From Chlamydiales bacterium (GTDB taxonomy: Bacteria > Chlamydiota > Chlamydiia > Chlamydiales > JAAZZY01): DNA of 64,000 nt. The translations under genes and the position numbers were made by a program. Within the stretch, counting starts at the first letter, position 1. Each line of letters begins with the position of its first letter. The stretch covers positions 1-64,000 of the forward strand of contig CBDBKM010000005.1 of NCBI GenBank assembly GCA_965206695.1. Reading direction: 5' to 3'. Under the pieces are notes generated by a model. That model worked only from the letters and a program-made list of their open reading frames with translations. It was not told the DNA's origin and made no database searches. Of the stretch, positions 40,124-50,680 are shown one piece after another.

Positions 40124-41584
40124 ATGGAGACGCATTCTGATTGGGAAGCGGTTATAGGTTTGGAAATTCACGTCCAACTTAATACCATTTCAAAGCTTTT
40201 TAGCTCTGCACCCAATAATTTTGGAGACGAACCAAATTCTAATATATCTGTTGTATGTACGGGTCAACCGGGTGCCTTACCGGTTCTAAATAAGGAAGCG
40301 GTAAAAAAAGCGGTGCAATTTGGATGTGCTGTAGGAGCAGAAATAGCGCCTTTTAGCACATTTGATCGAAAATCGTATTTTTATCCGGATAGTCCAAGAA
40401 ACTTTCAAATTACTCAATTTTATCAACCCATCGTTATTGGTGGGTCCATACGTGCTGAAGTAGAAGGAAAAATCAAAAATTTTATTATTGAACACGCACA
40501 TCTGGAGGATGATGCCGGTATGCTTAAACACTTTAGTGATTTTGCTGCTATCGATTACAATAGAGCGGGAGCTCCTTTAATTGAAATCGTCTCTACACCC
40601 TGTATACATAGTCCGCAAGAAGCAATGGCATATGGAATGGCGATTAAATCTGTTATGGAATATCTTGATGCTTCAGATTGTAATATGGATGAAGGGTCTT
40701 TACGCATGGATGCTAACATTTCTGTTAGAAAAAAGGGCGAAAAAGGATTAAGAAATAAAATTGAAATTAAAAATATGAACTCCTTTTCTAACATGGGGTT
40801 TGCTCTGGAAGCGGAAATCAAAAGGCAAATTCAACGATATAAACAAAATCCCGATAAAGATCCTAATGAGGTTATTTTGCAATCAACTTTTCGCTGGGAT
40901 CCTGAAATGCGCCAAACCATTCTGATGAGAAGTAAAGAAGAGGCTGCTGATTACCGCTATTTCCCTGAACCCGATCTACCTCCGGTGATTTTAACTAAAG
41001 AATATATTGATGAGATTGCTAGTACAATAACTGAACTTCCCTTTGAAAAAACCAATCGTTATATCACAAAACTATCTATATCTAAAGATTCAGCTTTGAT
41101 ACTTACTAGTGACAAAGCTTTAGCTGATTTTTTTGAAGATGCTTTAAAAATTTGCGGCAATGCGCAAAGTCTTTGTAACTGGATTATCGTCGAATTTTTG
41201 GGTCGATTTAAAGATTCCGGAACGAACCTTCCGGCCTCAGAAATTACACCTCAAAATATTGGTAAACTTGTTAACATGATCGATAATAGAACGATTACAG
41301 GAAAGATAGCCAAAAAAGTTGCGGATGATATGGTAACAACAATGGGTAAAGACTGTGAAACAATTGTAAAAGAAAATCCGGATTACCAACCCGTTAGTGA
41401 TATGAAAGGTATTGAACAATTTGTTGATCAAGCTCTTTCAGAAAATACTCAGTCTGTAGAAGATTTCAAAGCAGGGAAAGTTAAAGCCTTTGGTTACCTG
41501 GTAGGACAGGTAATGAAGTTATCTAAAGGAAAAGCCTCTCCAAATCTTGTTAATGAGTTGCTGAAGAAAAAGCTGGCGTCATAA
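40124..41584 (+). CDS. gatB: Asp/Glu-tRNA amidotransferase subunit B
   Basis: VIGLEIHVQL, DRKSYFYPD and DYRYFPEPDL motifs. Confidence 0.97.
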   Translation: METHSDWEAVIGLEIHVQLNTISKLFSSAPNNFGDEPNSNISVVCTGQPGALPVLNKEAVKKAVQFGCAVGAEIAPFSTFDRKSYFYPDSPRNFQITQFYQPIVIGGSIRAEVEGKIKNFIIEHAHLEDDAGMLKHFSDFAAIDYNRAGAPLIEIVSTPCIHSPQEAMAYGMAIKSVMEYLDASDCNMDEGSLRMDANISVRKKGEKGLRNKIEIKNMNSFSNMGFALEAEIKRQIQRYKQNPDKDPNEVILQSTFRWDPEMRQTILMRSKEEAADYRYFPEPDLPPVILTKEYIDEIASTITELPFEKTNRYITKLSISKDSALILTSDKALADFFEDALKICGNAQSLCNWIIVEFLGRFKDSGTNLPASEITPQNIGKLVNMIDNRTITGKIAKKVADDMVTTMGKDCETIVKENPDYQPVSDMKGIEQFVDQALSENTQSVEDFKAGKVKAFGYLVGQVMKLSKGKASPNLVNELLKKKLAS

Positions 41585-42454
41585 CCTGGGATGACATGAC
41601 TGAAATGCTTTTTGCAATCGACTTTGGCTCACGTGAGTATATCGATCGGTAGAAGCAATATTTGCATGACCCAGCATCTCTTGAATCACTCGTAAATCTG
41701 CTCCATTATCTAATAGATGGGTAGCAAAAGAATGCCTTAAGGTATGAGGAGAAAAGTCCTTAATAATACCGGCTTCTTTGGCATATTTTTTCACTCTTTT
41801 CCAAATCGTAATACGATCAAGGGCCCTTCCACTTTTACTAATAAAAAGCGGCATTTTATCATTTTTTATTTTGCCTCGAAATGTCAAAAGATAGTGATCA
41901 AGCGCTTCTATCGCTTTTTTTCCTATTGGGATTAAACGGTCTTTATTTCCTTTTCCTCTTACCCTTATAAAGTGTTCATCTATTTGGTTTAATTTTAAAT
42001 GAACCACCTCAGATACTCTTACACCACAAGCATACATCAATTCAAATATCGCTTTGTCTCTAGCCCCAATTTTATTTTGAATATCCGGTTGAAGGAGTAA
42101 AAGCTCTACCTCTTCATAACTTAAGACCTGAGGAATTAATTGCCAAAGCTTAGGGGTTTTTAAATAGAGAGTGATATTAGAAGGAATATACCCTTCTCTT
42201 TTTAAAAATCGAAACAACACTTTTATAGCAATAAGAGCTCGACAAATACTAGATGTTGCGTATTTTTTTTCTTTTAAAGAATTTAAAAAAAGGACAACTT
42301 CTTCTTCTTGAACAGCTTTGAAGCCTTGTTGGCCTCTCTCTTTTAAAAACTCAGTAAAGGAGTAACTATCTTTTTTATAAGCTATGATCGTATTTTCAGC
42401 TAATCCCTTTTCGGAAGCAATATATAGAAAAAAATCATCGAGTTGTCTTTGCAT
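41579..42454 (-). CDS. xerD: Tyrosine recombinase XerD
   Basis: GVRVSE, GKGNKDR, PHTLRHSFATHLL, LGHANI and catalytic Y; N-terminal SAM-like domain. Confidence 0.9.
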   Translation of the reverse strand: MQRQLDDFFLYIASEKGLAENTIIAYKKDSYSFTEFLKERGQQGFKAVQEEEVVLFLNSLKEKKYATSSICRALIAIKVLFRFLKREGYIPSNITLYLKTPKLWQLIPQVLSYEEVELLLLQPDIQNKIGARDKAIFELMYACGVRVSEVVHLKLNQIDEHFIRVRGKGNKDRLIPIGKKAIEALDHYLLTFRGKIKNDKMPLFISKSGRALDRITIWKRVKKYAKEAGIIKDFSPHTLRHSFATHLLDNGADLRVIQEMLGHANIASTDRYTHVSQSRLQKAFQSCHPRL

Positions 42455-42517
42455 AGTTCTTGGTCAAAAAGATAACATAGGTTACATCTAAAAGAAATAA
42501 AATTTACAACACTGCCA

Positions 42518-44617
42518 ATGAAATTAACACTCGATGTCCTCCCTTTCTCCATTGACAAACCAACCGGTATCCGGAGGTATCTATAGTCATTTAATTTTAC
42601 ATTGATAAGATTGCTTGATCAATGGCGAATTTAAAATTCGTAACTTTTCGTAATATCTCTCTAACTTTATTTTTCATATTAGCCCAATATTTTTCTATAG
42701 GATTTAAGTCCGGAGAATATGGAGGAAGAAACATAAGCTTACAACCGGCAGATTCTACTGTTTTCCTGCTTTCCGCTGACTTGTGAAAACCGGCATTGTC
42801 AAGAATAAGAACACTACCGGGTGTAAGCTGAGGAGTCAAAACTTCTTTAAGCCAAATATTGAATAACCCGGTATTACAAGTACCTTCAAAACACATTGGA
42901 GATAAAAACTGCCCTTTAGATAGGGCTGAAATAATATTTTGCCTTATAAAGCGGTTTCCTGAAACCGCTCCAAAAACTTTTTTGCCGCGTAAGCTTCTTC
43001 CGGACTCACGAAATAAAAATTGATGAATCCCGGTTTCATCGAGATAAATTCTCTTGTCAAAGGGAATATTTTTTAAATCTTTCATAAAAGCTTCCCGTTT
43101 CTTTTCATCTCTTTCCTTATAGCGAGTAGTTTTTTTTTCGTGTAATTTTTAATCTTTTAAGGGCATAAAAAATCGTTTGCGGAGTGACTGAAAAATAATC
43201 AGCAATTTCCGATAAAAAATAATCCGGATGTTTTTCTACATATTTAGATAACAACTCATCATCTAATTTCTTATAAGCATATTTTCTGCGGATTGGCTTT
43301 AAATGTCCTTTTTGCTTTTTTTGCAAGATCCATCGATATATTGTTGCGATACCTACTTGAAAAATATGGCCGGCTGTTTTTTTATCATGATGTTTTTCTA
43401 TATGTTGTCATACTTTCTCTCGAAGATCTACTGAATAGGCTCTAGGCATTGTTTTATCCTTACTGTTTGTATAAAAAAAGAAGGATAACATATTATCAAA
43501 TAAAAATTAAAATACTATATACCACTTAGCTAAAGGAGTCATCGGTTTAAATCAATATGAGATAATCTTTGGTTTTTCTCATTTTTCTTCTGATTTTTTT
43601 AATATAACGAAAAGGTATTTAAACCAAGATCCTATTTTTTCTAAAATAAACTTTAAACAATATTATGAAGAATCTAAAGACCCGGATGTCAATGAATTTT
43701 TTCAGACAAAAGAAAAACAAATTTTTCATACTCCTTTCCAACTAAATCCCTTATTACAAAATATTAAGAACAACAGACAGATAAAAACATTTATCACCGT
43801 CCATGATACTATCCCCTTGATTTTCCCTGAATTTAGAAATCCTAAGCACCTTGACTTTGAATTATCCAACTACAAAAAAATCGATGAAATGGACTGGATC
43901 TTATGTCCCTCAGAACATACTAAACAGGATCTTATTCAATATTGCAAAGTCGATAAAGAGAAGGTTTTTGTTACCTATAGTGGCGTATCATCTAAACAAT
44001 TTTATCCCGTTAGTGATTTAAATAAGATTCAATCGATCAAACAAAAATATGCTATTTTAGATACTTCATATTTAATCTATGTTGGAGCAATTGAAGAGAG
44101 AAAGAATATTGTGCAACTCATATCCTCCTTTATTGAGCTTATCAAACAAGAAAAAATATCAGATCTGAAACTTGTATTATGCGGATCTGTAAGAGTCGAA
44201 TACTTATCTGTTTTAAGAGATTTTCATGAATTAATGAAACAATCCAAACCGGATGGAAAAATCATTCATTTGCCTAACATACCGGATGAAGATTTAGTTG
44301 TTCTTTATAATGGCGCTTTTGCCTTTGTTAACCTATCACATTATGAAGGCTTCGGATCCCCTACTGTAGAAGCGATGCAATGCCGGACTCCTGTTATTGT
44401 ATCTAACTCTTCCGCTTTTCCGGAAATTGTTCAGAATGCCGGACTATTGATAGATAAAAATGACTCAGAAGCTTTTTCCCAAGCTATTCTTAGTATATAC
44501 TCCTCCTCCAAGCGAGATGCTTTAGTAAAAAAAGGTATTAAAAGAGCAAAACAATTTTATTGGGAAAACATGATAGAAAAAACGCATCATGCGTATCAAA
44601 AAGCTCTTGATACTTGA
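42518..44617 (+). pseudogene. GT4 glycosyltransferase 1, interrupted by IS630 after codon 22
   Basis: ATG 42518 MKLTLDVLPFSIDKPTGIRRYL | YHLAKG resumes at 43520 and is open to 44617 (YEGFGSPTVEAM); close paralog of 44699. Confidence 0.9.
42584..43517 (-). mobile_element. IS630-family element, copy 2 (defective: TGA at codon 14, A9 tract)
   Basis: Near-identical to copy 1 in reverse; TA duplication at 42582-42583 and 43518-43519. Confidence 0.95.
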
Positions 44618-44698
44618 AATACATCCTAATCCATATCTATTGACCAAAAAAATCTAATTTCGTATTACTAAAATAATCGACTTAAATAGTAATTTGAC

Positions 44699-45871
44699 AT
44701 GTCAATCAAAGTTAACTTAGACACCATCCCTTTTTCAAGCGGAGCCAGAACAGGTGTCTATCGATATATATACCACTTAGCTAAAGGACTCATAGAGACA
44801 AATCAATGTGATCTATCTTTTGCATTTAGTCACATATCAGATATTTTTTTTGATAAATCAAAAACTTTTTTAAATCAAAACCCGATGTTTTCTAAACATG
44901 ATCTATTCCAGTATTATGAACATTCCGAAGCAAAGCATGCTGCAGCCCTTTATGAAACGACAAAAAAACAAATTTTCCATTCTCCATTCCATATGCATCC
45001 TATATTACAAGACATCAAAAACAATTCTCTGATTAAAGCATTTACAACTATCCATGATGTCATTCCGCTAATTTTCCCCGAATATAGAAATTTCCATCGT
45101 CTTAAATATGAATACTTACCCTACCATACGATTGATGAAAATGATTGGATTCTTTGTCCATCAGAAACAACAAAACAGGATGTCATCAACTATTGCAAAG
45201 TCGATCAAAACAAAATTTTTATGACCTATAACGGCGTCTCAGATAAAGAATTCTATTTTGTTACAGATAAAAAATACATTCTAAATATCAAAAACAAATA
45301 TCACATTCCCGATAAACCTTACATAATATATGTTGGAGCCATTGAGGTAAGAAAAAATCTCATTCATCTAATCGAATCTTTTATTAAACTCATTGAACAA
45401 GAGAAACATTTAGACTTAAACCTTGTTATATGTGGAATGGTAAGAGGAGAGTATTTGCCTGTTATCAAAAAGTTTCAGGAAATAGCCGGCTCCTCTTTAT
45501 TTTCTCATAGAATCATTCATTTAAATGATGTCTCAGATGAAGATCTGCCCTCACTCTATAGCGGAGCCTTAGCTTTTACCTGCCTATCACATTATGAGGG
45601 TTTTGGTATTCCTATTATCGAAGCAATGCAATGTCAAACACCTACTATTGTATCTAATATACCTGCGTTTCAAGAGGTTGTTCAGAATACCGAAATCTTG
45701 GTGCCTACAGATGATCCCGATGCTTTTTCTCAGGCTGTTCTTAACATTTATTCATCTACAAGCTATCGAGATAAACTCATCAAACACGGTTTAAAAAGAG
45801 CAAAAGTTTTTTCTTGGGAAAGTGTTATACAAAAAACTCTCGCTGCTTATAAAAGAGCCTTGTCAGAATAA
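44699..45871 (+). CDS. GT4 glycosyltransferase 2
   Basis: TGVYRY, TIHDVIP, VGAIEVRKN and YEGFGIPIIEAM motifs. Confidence 0.9.
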   Translation: MSIKVNLDTIPFSSGARTGVYRYIYHLAKGLIETNQCDLSFAFSHISDIFFDKSKTFLNQNPMFSKHDLFQYYEHSEAKHAAALYETTKKQIFHSPFHMHPILQDIKNNSLIKAFTTIHDVIPLIFPEYRNFHRLKYEYLPYHTIDENDWILCPSETTKQDVINYCKVDQNKIFMTYNGVSDKEFYFVTDKKYILNIKNKYHIPDKPYIIYVGAIEVRKNLIHLIESFIKLIEQEKHLDLNLVICGMVRGEYLPVIKKFQEIAGSSLFSHRIIHLNDVSDEDLPSLYSGALAFTCLSHYEGFGIPIIEAMQCQTPTIVSNIPAFQEVVQNTEILVPTDDPDAFSQAVLNIYSSTSYRDKLIKHGLKRAKVFSWESVIQKTLAAYKRALSE

Positions 45872-45915
45872 AATACAAAAATGGAAAATATCTTCTTATA
45901 GGTAAGAAGTCATTC

Positions 45916-47094
45916 ATGCATGTTGACCTTGAAATCAGTTCCCTAAGTTTAAGTTTAGAAAATAGAACTCATACAACCGGTGTATATCGTTATATTTACG
46001 TGCTTATTACCGAGTTATACAGTCTATTACATGATGACCTTACGCTCTTTGTAAACCATCCGATAAAATACCTAAAAAATACTCAAATATACATTAACGA
46101 TCATCCACTGTTTTCTAAAATTAAGTTCCCTCAAAACATTTCCCAAACAGAGAAAAACCTACCGGAGGGTGTGTATTTTCCCGATAATGGCTCGATTGTT
46201 CATTATCCGGGACAAACACTTTACCGCAGGTTCGGTTCGGAAATGAATCAAAATATCAAAACTTTCACGACCGTTCATGATACAATCCCTTTCATTCATC
46301 CTGAGTTTTATTCGGCAAAGACGCTTTATTTTCTTATAACCTTTGCTAAAAAACTCTCCTCATATGACTGGTTATTTTGTCCTTCTTATGCTGCCAAAGA
46401 TGATATTTGTAATTTCACCAAAGCGAATCCTGACCGGGTCTTTGTCATGCATCAAGCTGCATGCCCTAAAACCTTCTATCCGGAGAAAAACAAAGAACTT
46501 TTTAATAACCTTAGAGAAGAATACGGTATCCCCGATAAGCCCTATCTAATTTGTATTGGAAGGTTGGAAGACAGAAAAAATACCATTCATATTATGCGTA
46601 GTTTTATTAAGCTTATCGAAGAAGAAAAGATTCCTGATCTTAATTTAATTTTCTGCGGTCCCCTAACTAACTTATCGAAAGGAATCTTGCATTTCTATCA
46701 TGAGCATATTAATAGAACACAACATAAATCTCGTATTATTCATAGTCCTTATATAGACAATAAATATTTAGCTTCTATTTATTCCAATGCCCTCGCAAGT
46801 ATCTTTTTGCCCATTTATGAAGGCTTTGGGTTCCCTGCATTAGAAAGCATGCAATGTGGAACGCCTATTGTAGCTGCAAATAATTCCGCTATACCCGAGA
46901 TAGTAGGAGATGCCGGCTTCTTAATTAATGAACATGATGAAGAAGCCTTTTGTGATAGCGTCCTAGCCTTATACCAATCCGAATCTTTAAGAGAAAAGTA
47001 TATTAAAAAAGGTCTTGAGCAAGCTAAAAAATTCTCTTGGAAACAATATGTAAAAAAAACGCATCAAATCTATAAACTTGCGTTAAGTAGTTGA
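45916..47094 (+). CDS. GT4 glycosyltransferase 3
   Basis: TGVYRY, TVHDTIP, GRLEDRKN and YEGFGFPALESM motifs. Confidence 0.9.
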   Translation: MHVDLEISSLSLSLENRTHTTGVYRYIYVLITELYSLLHDDLTLFVNHPIKYLKNTQIYINDHPLFSKIKFPQNISQTEKNLPEGVYFPDNGSIVHYPGQTLYRRFGSEMNQNIKTFTTVHDTIPFIHPEFYSAKTLYFLITFAKKLSSYDWLFCPSYAAKDDICNFTKANPDRVFVMHQAACPKTFYPEKNKELFNNLREEYGIPDKPYLICIGRLEDRKNTIHIMRSFIKLIEEEKIPDLNLIFCGPLTNLSKGILHFYHEHINRTQHKSRIIHSPYIDNKYLASIYSNALASIFLPIYEGFGFPALESMQCGTPIVAANNSAIPEIVGDAGFLINEHDEEAFCDSVLALYQSESLREKYIKKGLEQAKKFSWKQYVKKTHQIYKLALSS

Positions 47095-47095
47095 T

Positions 47096-48247
47096 ATGAA
47101 AATCGCCTTTGAAATTAGTGAATTATCTAAAAGTCTTCACTCAATAAATAAAAAAACCGGTATCTATCGCTATATATATCAAATTGGGCAGTTGTTAGCC
47201 CAAAATCTAACACATAACCTCCTTTTGTTTACCGGTGACCTCGATGATAACCTCGAAGTGATTAATCAATATCTGTCACAACATCCTATTCTAAAAAGTG
47301 CCGGCTTCTTGCAATCAGCTCATACCTCTTCGCCCTATCCTGAAGCTGATATTATTCATTACCCGTTAGAGACATTAGCAAGACCTTTTTTGAAATCAAA
47401 ACCTCTTATCTTTCAAACGATTCATGACACCATTCCCTGTATGTATCCCGAATTGTATACCAAGAAAAGAGCGCATGTAGTCATTAACTTATGCAAACGA
47501 TTATCTAAATTCGACCGCATCTTTTGCCCTTCTATTTCTACAAAACAAGACCTCTTAACCTTCTCTCAACTAGATCCCGATAAGATTTTTGTTATTCATC
47601 ATGCCGCCTGCCCTCATATCTTCTATCCTTCTATAAGTGAAGAGCCATTCAATCTTATAAAGAAAAAATATCATCTATTAGATAATCCGTATCTTTTATG
47701 TGTTGGCCGTCTTGAAGAGAGAAAAAATATCAGTCATATTTTGCAGACCTTTATTCGTTTGATCGATGAAGAAAAAATTGATGATTTAAACCTTGTACTG
47801 GTAGGCCCATTGAATACACTCTCTCATCCTGTGATCTATACGTTTACCAATGAGGTTATAAAAAAAGGATTTCAAAACCGCGTTATTCACATTCCGTTTT
47901 TAGAGGATGAATGGATGGCTACGCTGTATTCTCACGCATTAATAAGCCTCTTTTTACCCATTTATGAAGGTTTTGGCCTACCTGCTTTAGAAGCAATGCA
48001 ATGTGGCTCACCGCTTATTTGCTCCAATAACTCCTCTATTCCTGAAATTGTTGCTGATGCCGGGATATTAATAGATCATGATGATGCTGATCTTTTATGC
48101 CATAATATTTTAGATCTGTATCATTCAGATACTAAAAGAAGCTATTACAGAAAAAAAGGGTTAGAGCGATCAAAGCTATTTAATTGGAAAAAATATGTCG
48201 AACAAGCGATAGTGGCATATCAATTTGCTTTAGAAAACACACCATGA
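47096..48247 (+). CDS. GT4 glycosyltransferase 4
   Basis: TGIYRY, TIHDTIP, GRLEERKN and YEGFGLPALEAM motifs. Confidence 0.9.
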   Translation: MKIAFEISELSKSLHSINKKTGIYRYIYQIGQLLAQNLTHNLLLFTGDLDDNLEVINQYLSQHPILKSAGFLQSAHTSSPYPEADIIHYPLETLARPFLKSKPLIFQTIHDTIPCMYPELYTKKRAHVVINLCKRLSKFDRIFCPSISTKQDLLTFSQLDPDKIFVIHHAACPHIFYPSISEEPFNLIKKKYHLLDNPYLLCVGRLEERKNISHILQTFIRLIDEEKIDDLNLVLVGPLNTLSHPVIYTFTNEVIKKGFQNRVIHIPFLEDEWMATLYSHALISLFLPIYEGFGLPALEAMQCGSPLICSNNSSIPEIVADAGILIDHDDADLLCHNILDLYHSDTKRSYYRKKGLERSKLFNWKKYVEQAIVAYQFALENTP

Positions 48248-49374
48248 CAATTCTCAAAGCAGCAGGACTTTTTGGCAATCACAAGCAGTCAATAGATCAT
48301 ATGGGACCACTATGTTCCCTATTGAAAATTCCTCTTTTTACCAACGACTTAAAAACCAAACTTATTTTTGAACGTACTTATATTGATATAGATGTGCACC
48401 TTCATAAAATGGACTTGGAATCTTTATTTAGAGATTATGATTATTTCTTCTATGCCTTTGAACCCGTACCTCGTTTTAGAGAACTTATTGAACAATCGAA
48501 GAAAAAAGATCATTATAATTCCATCTGGCGAAAACCGATTAAACTGGTATTCAACCTCCATGGTTGCTCTGATAAAGGGTATAAAAATCCCCTTTGGTTT
48601 GGAGGACCTAAAGGTCATTTAAGTGAGACTGATCTGATCCTATTATATGGTCAGCGTATGTTTGACCTCTTTGAAGAGCGAGGCTATACGAAACATTTTT
48701 TAAATTATACTTTCATTGGAAATTATCGTTTTCAATATTATCGAAAGCATCAGGAATATTTCGACTCTTTAGTCTATGATGATATTTTTAAACATTTCAC
48801 AAAACAACAACCAACTATCTTCTATGCCCCTACTTGGAAAGATAATGAAAATGCTTCTTCCTTTTTCGAAGCAAGTAACTATCTATTAAAGTATATGCCT
48901 AAACACTACAATCTCTTAGTAAAATTACATCCCCACTTAACAGCCATTGGTAACAATTATGATCCTACGCCTATTTTTGAATTAATTGACCAATATAAAA
49001 ATAGCCCCAACATCCTCATACTTCATGATTACCCTCTTATATATCCTCTTTTAAATGCTATTGATATCTATCTGGGTGATGCTTCTTCTATTGGCTATGA
49101 TTGCTTAGCTTTCAACAAGCCCATGTTCTTTTTAAATCATAATCAGCATGATATTGAACAAAATAAAAGTATATACCTACATCGCTGCGGCACTTCTATT
49201 TTACCTGCGGATTTTCAGAGTATCTATCAAATAATAGATCAATCTCTTCTTCATGACTTTGAGAACTTTAATCGAATAAGAAAAGAAACATATGGTTATG
49301 CTTTTCATTCTCAAGATTCTGAAGACATAAAAAAAAGCATTCTAAAAGCTTTCAATATGACAACGGGAGAGTGA
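48244..49374 (+). CDS. TagF/CDP-glycerol glycerophosphotransferase-like protein A (CT865-like)
   Basis: HGCSDKGY, YAPTW, VKLHP and YLGDASSIGYD motifs; ATG 48244 overlaps the upstream stop. Confidence 0.78.
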   Translation: MTILKAAGLFGNHKQSIDHMGPLCSLLKIPLFTNDLKTKLIFERTYIDIDVHLHKMDLESLFRDYDYFFYAFEPVPRFRELIEQSKKKDHYNSIWRKPIKLVFNLHGCSDKGYKNPLWFGGPKGHLSETDLILLYGQRMFDLFEERGYTKHFLNYTFIGNYRFQYYRKHQEYFDSLVYDDIFKHFTKQQPTIFYAPTWKDNENASSFFEASNYLLKYMPKHYNLLVKLHPHLTAIGNNYDPTPIFELIDQYKNSPNILILHDYPLIYPLLNAIDIYLGDASSIGYDCLAFNKPMFFLNHNQHDIEQNKSIYLHRCGTSILPADFQSIYQIIDQSLLHDFENFNRIRKETYGYAFHSQDSEDIKKSILKAFNMTTGE

Positions 49375-49386
49375 ATATGTATATAA

Positions 49387-49565
49387 TTGACAGCTCTCAA
49401 CCCTCAAAGAAAGGGATTCCTCATTCAACGATCATTGCCCCACGGTAGATCTAAAAGATAGGAATAGTATACAAAATATGAGAATGAACAAGAATACGAA
49501 ACAACACTTTAATCGAGGCGCTCTCATCCCAATGCTAAAGCAAAGAATTTTCTCGCTTAATTGTC
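49387..49565 (-). mobile_element. 179-bp non-autonomous IS200/IS605 derivative inserted in codon 4 of the downstream gene
   Basis: Minus strand TTTAT|GACAATTAAGCGAGAAAA ... GAGGAATCCCTTTC...GAGAGCTGTCAA; no target duplication; precise removal restores the reading frame. Confidence 0.88.
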
Positions 49566-50674
49566 ATAAAACAGTTGGTCTTATTGGTGATAGCTGCGCT
49601 TATCTAGATCATATAGCTCCAATATGCGGTCTAATTAACATTCCTCTTATTACCAACTCATTACAAACTAAACTGCTTTGTTCACAATACTATCCGGGTT
49701 TGAATTGTCTGTTCAACACAATCAGTTTTCAAGAACTCATTCAAAATTTTGATACCCTTATCTATCCTTTCAAGTGGGACCCTTTATTTTATCATTCTTT
49801 TGAGAATTTAAGACAAACCGATCTTTATAATCCCTTATATTCCAAAAAAATGAAGTTAATCTATACCACCCATGGTTCTTCTGATAAAGGTTACAAAAGT
49901 GAAACTCTCTGCTTTCATCCACATCTGGATGAGATCGATTTATTACTTACGAATGGCAGTCGAATGCTCGATATCTTCCGTTTTCATAAACGAAACGAAC
50001 ATATAAAAAAAATCGTCCTGACAGGAAATATACGACATGCTTATTATCAACTTCATAAAGCATTTTATGATGTTTTTGTAGAAAAAGAAATTTTTTCATA
50101 CTTCACAAAAAAACAAACCACTATCCTATATGCCCCTTCTGTTCATGATACAGAATCATCTTCATCGTTATTGGAAGCCCATTCATATATTATCGAGACC
50201 CTACCCAAAGACTATAACCTAATAGTAAAACTTCATCCGCTAATTTTCATGAAACCTGATGATAAAAATGCACGGCTTACCAAACAGCTCATTGAAAAAT
50301 ATGCCGGCAATAAACAGATCCTTTTTATCATAAACTGTCCAATAGTCTACGCTCTATTAAATAGAGTAGATGTGTATCTGGGTGATCACTCATCGGTAGG
50401 CTATGATGCTCTTACGTTTGACATACCCCTCTACTTTATCAACCATAATCGTTATGACGAACAAGATTTAAGTGCTTTTTTACATCAATGTGGTAGAACC
50501 TTTCTTCCTGATGATTGGAATAATATCTATTCTCTTATAGAAAATAATTTGGAAAATGATAAAAGAAACTATCAGGATAAGAGGATGGCAACATATGAAT
50601 ATGCTTATGGAACAAATAATGACCCTAAAACATTAAATGAAAAGCTCAAAAGAAATATAGAGTCTCTACCTTAG
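49478..50674 (+). CDS. TagF-like protein B (ancestral start 49377; current start inside the MITE)
   Basis: HGSSDKGY, YAPS, VKLHP and YLGDHSSVGYD motifs. Confidence 0.75.
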   Translation: MRMNKNTKQHFNRGALIPMLKQRIFSLNCHKTVGLIGDSCAYLDHIAPICGLINIPLITNSLQTKLLCSQYYPGLNCLFNTISFQELIQNFDTLIYPFKWDPLFYHSFENLRQTDLYNPLYSKKMKLIYTTHGSSDKGYKSETLCFHPHLDEIDLLLTNGSRMLDIFRFHKRNEHIKKIVLTGNIRHAYYQLHKAFYDVFVEKEIFSYFTKKQTTILYAPSVHDTESSSSLLEAHSYIIETLPKDYNLIVKLHPLIFMKPDDKNARLTKQLIEKYAGNKQILFIINCPIVYALLNRVDVYLGDHSSVGYDALTFDIPLYFINHNRYDEQDLSAFLHQCGRTFLPDDWNNIYSLIENNLENDKRNYQDKRMATYEYAYGTNNDPKTLNEKLKRNIESLP

Positions 50675-50680
50675 AAGATT

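Noticed and set aside
41579..42454. xerD as the integrase of a glycosyltransferase island
   Set aside because: It looks like housekeeping XerD in its usual chlamydial context; no att repeats or flanking tRNA seen.
49387..49565. IStron (self-splicing IS605 element)
   Set aside because: Only 179 bp, antisense to the host gene, with no room for a group I intron core.
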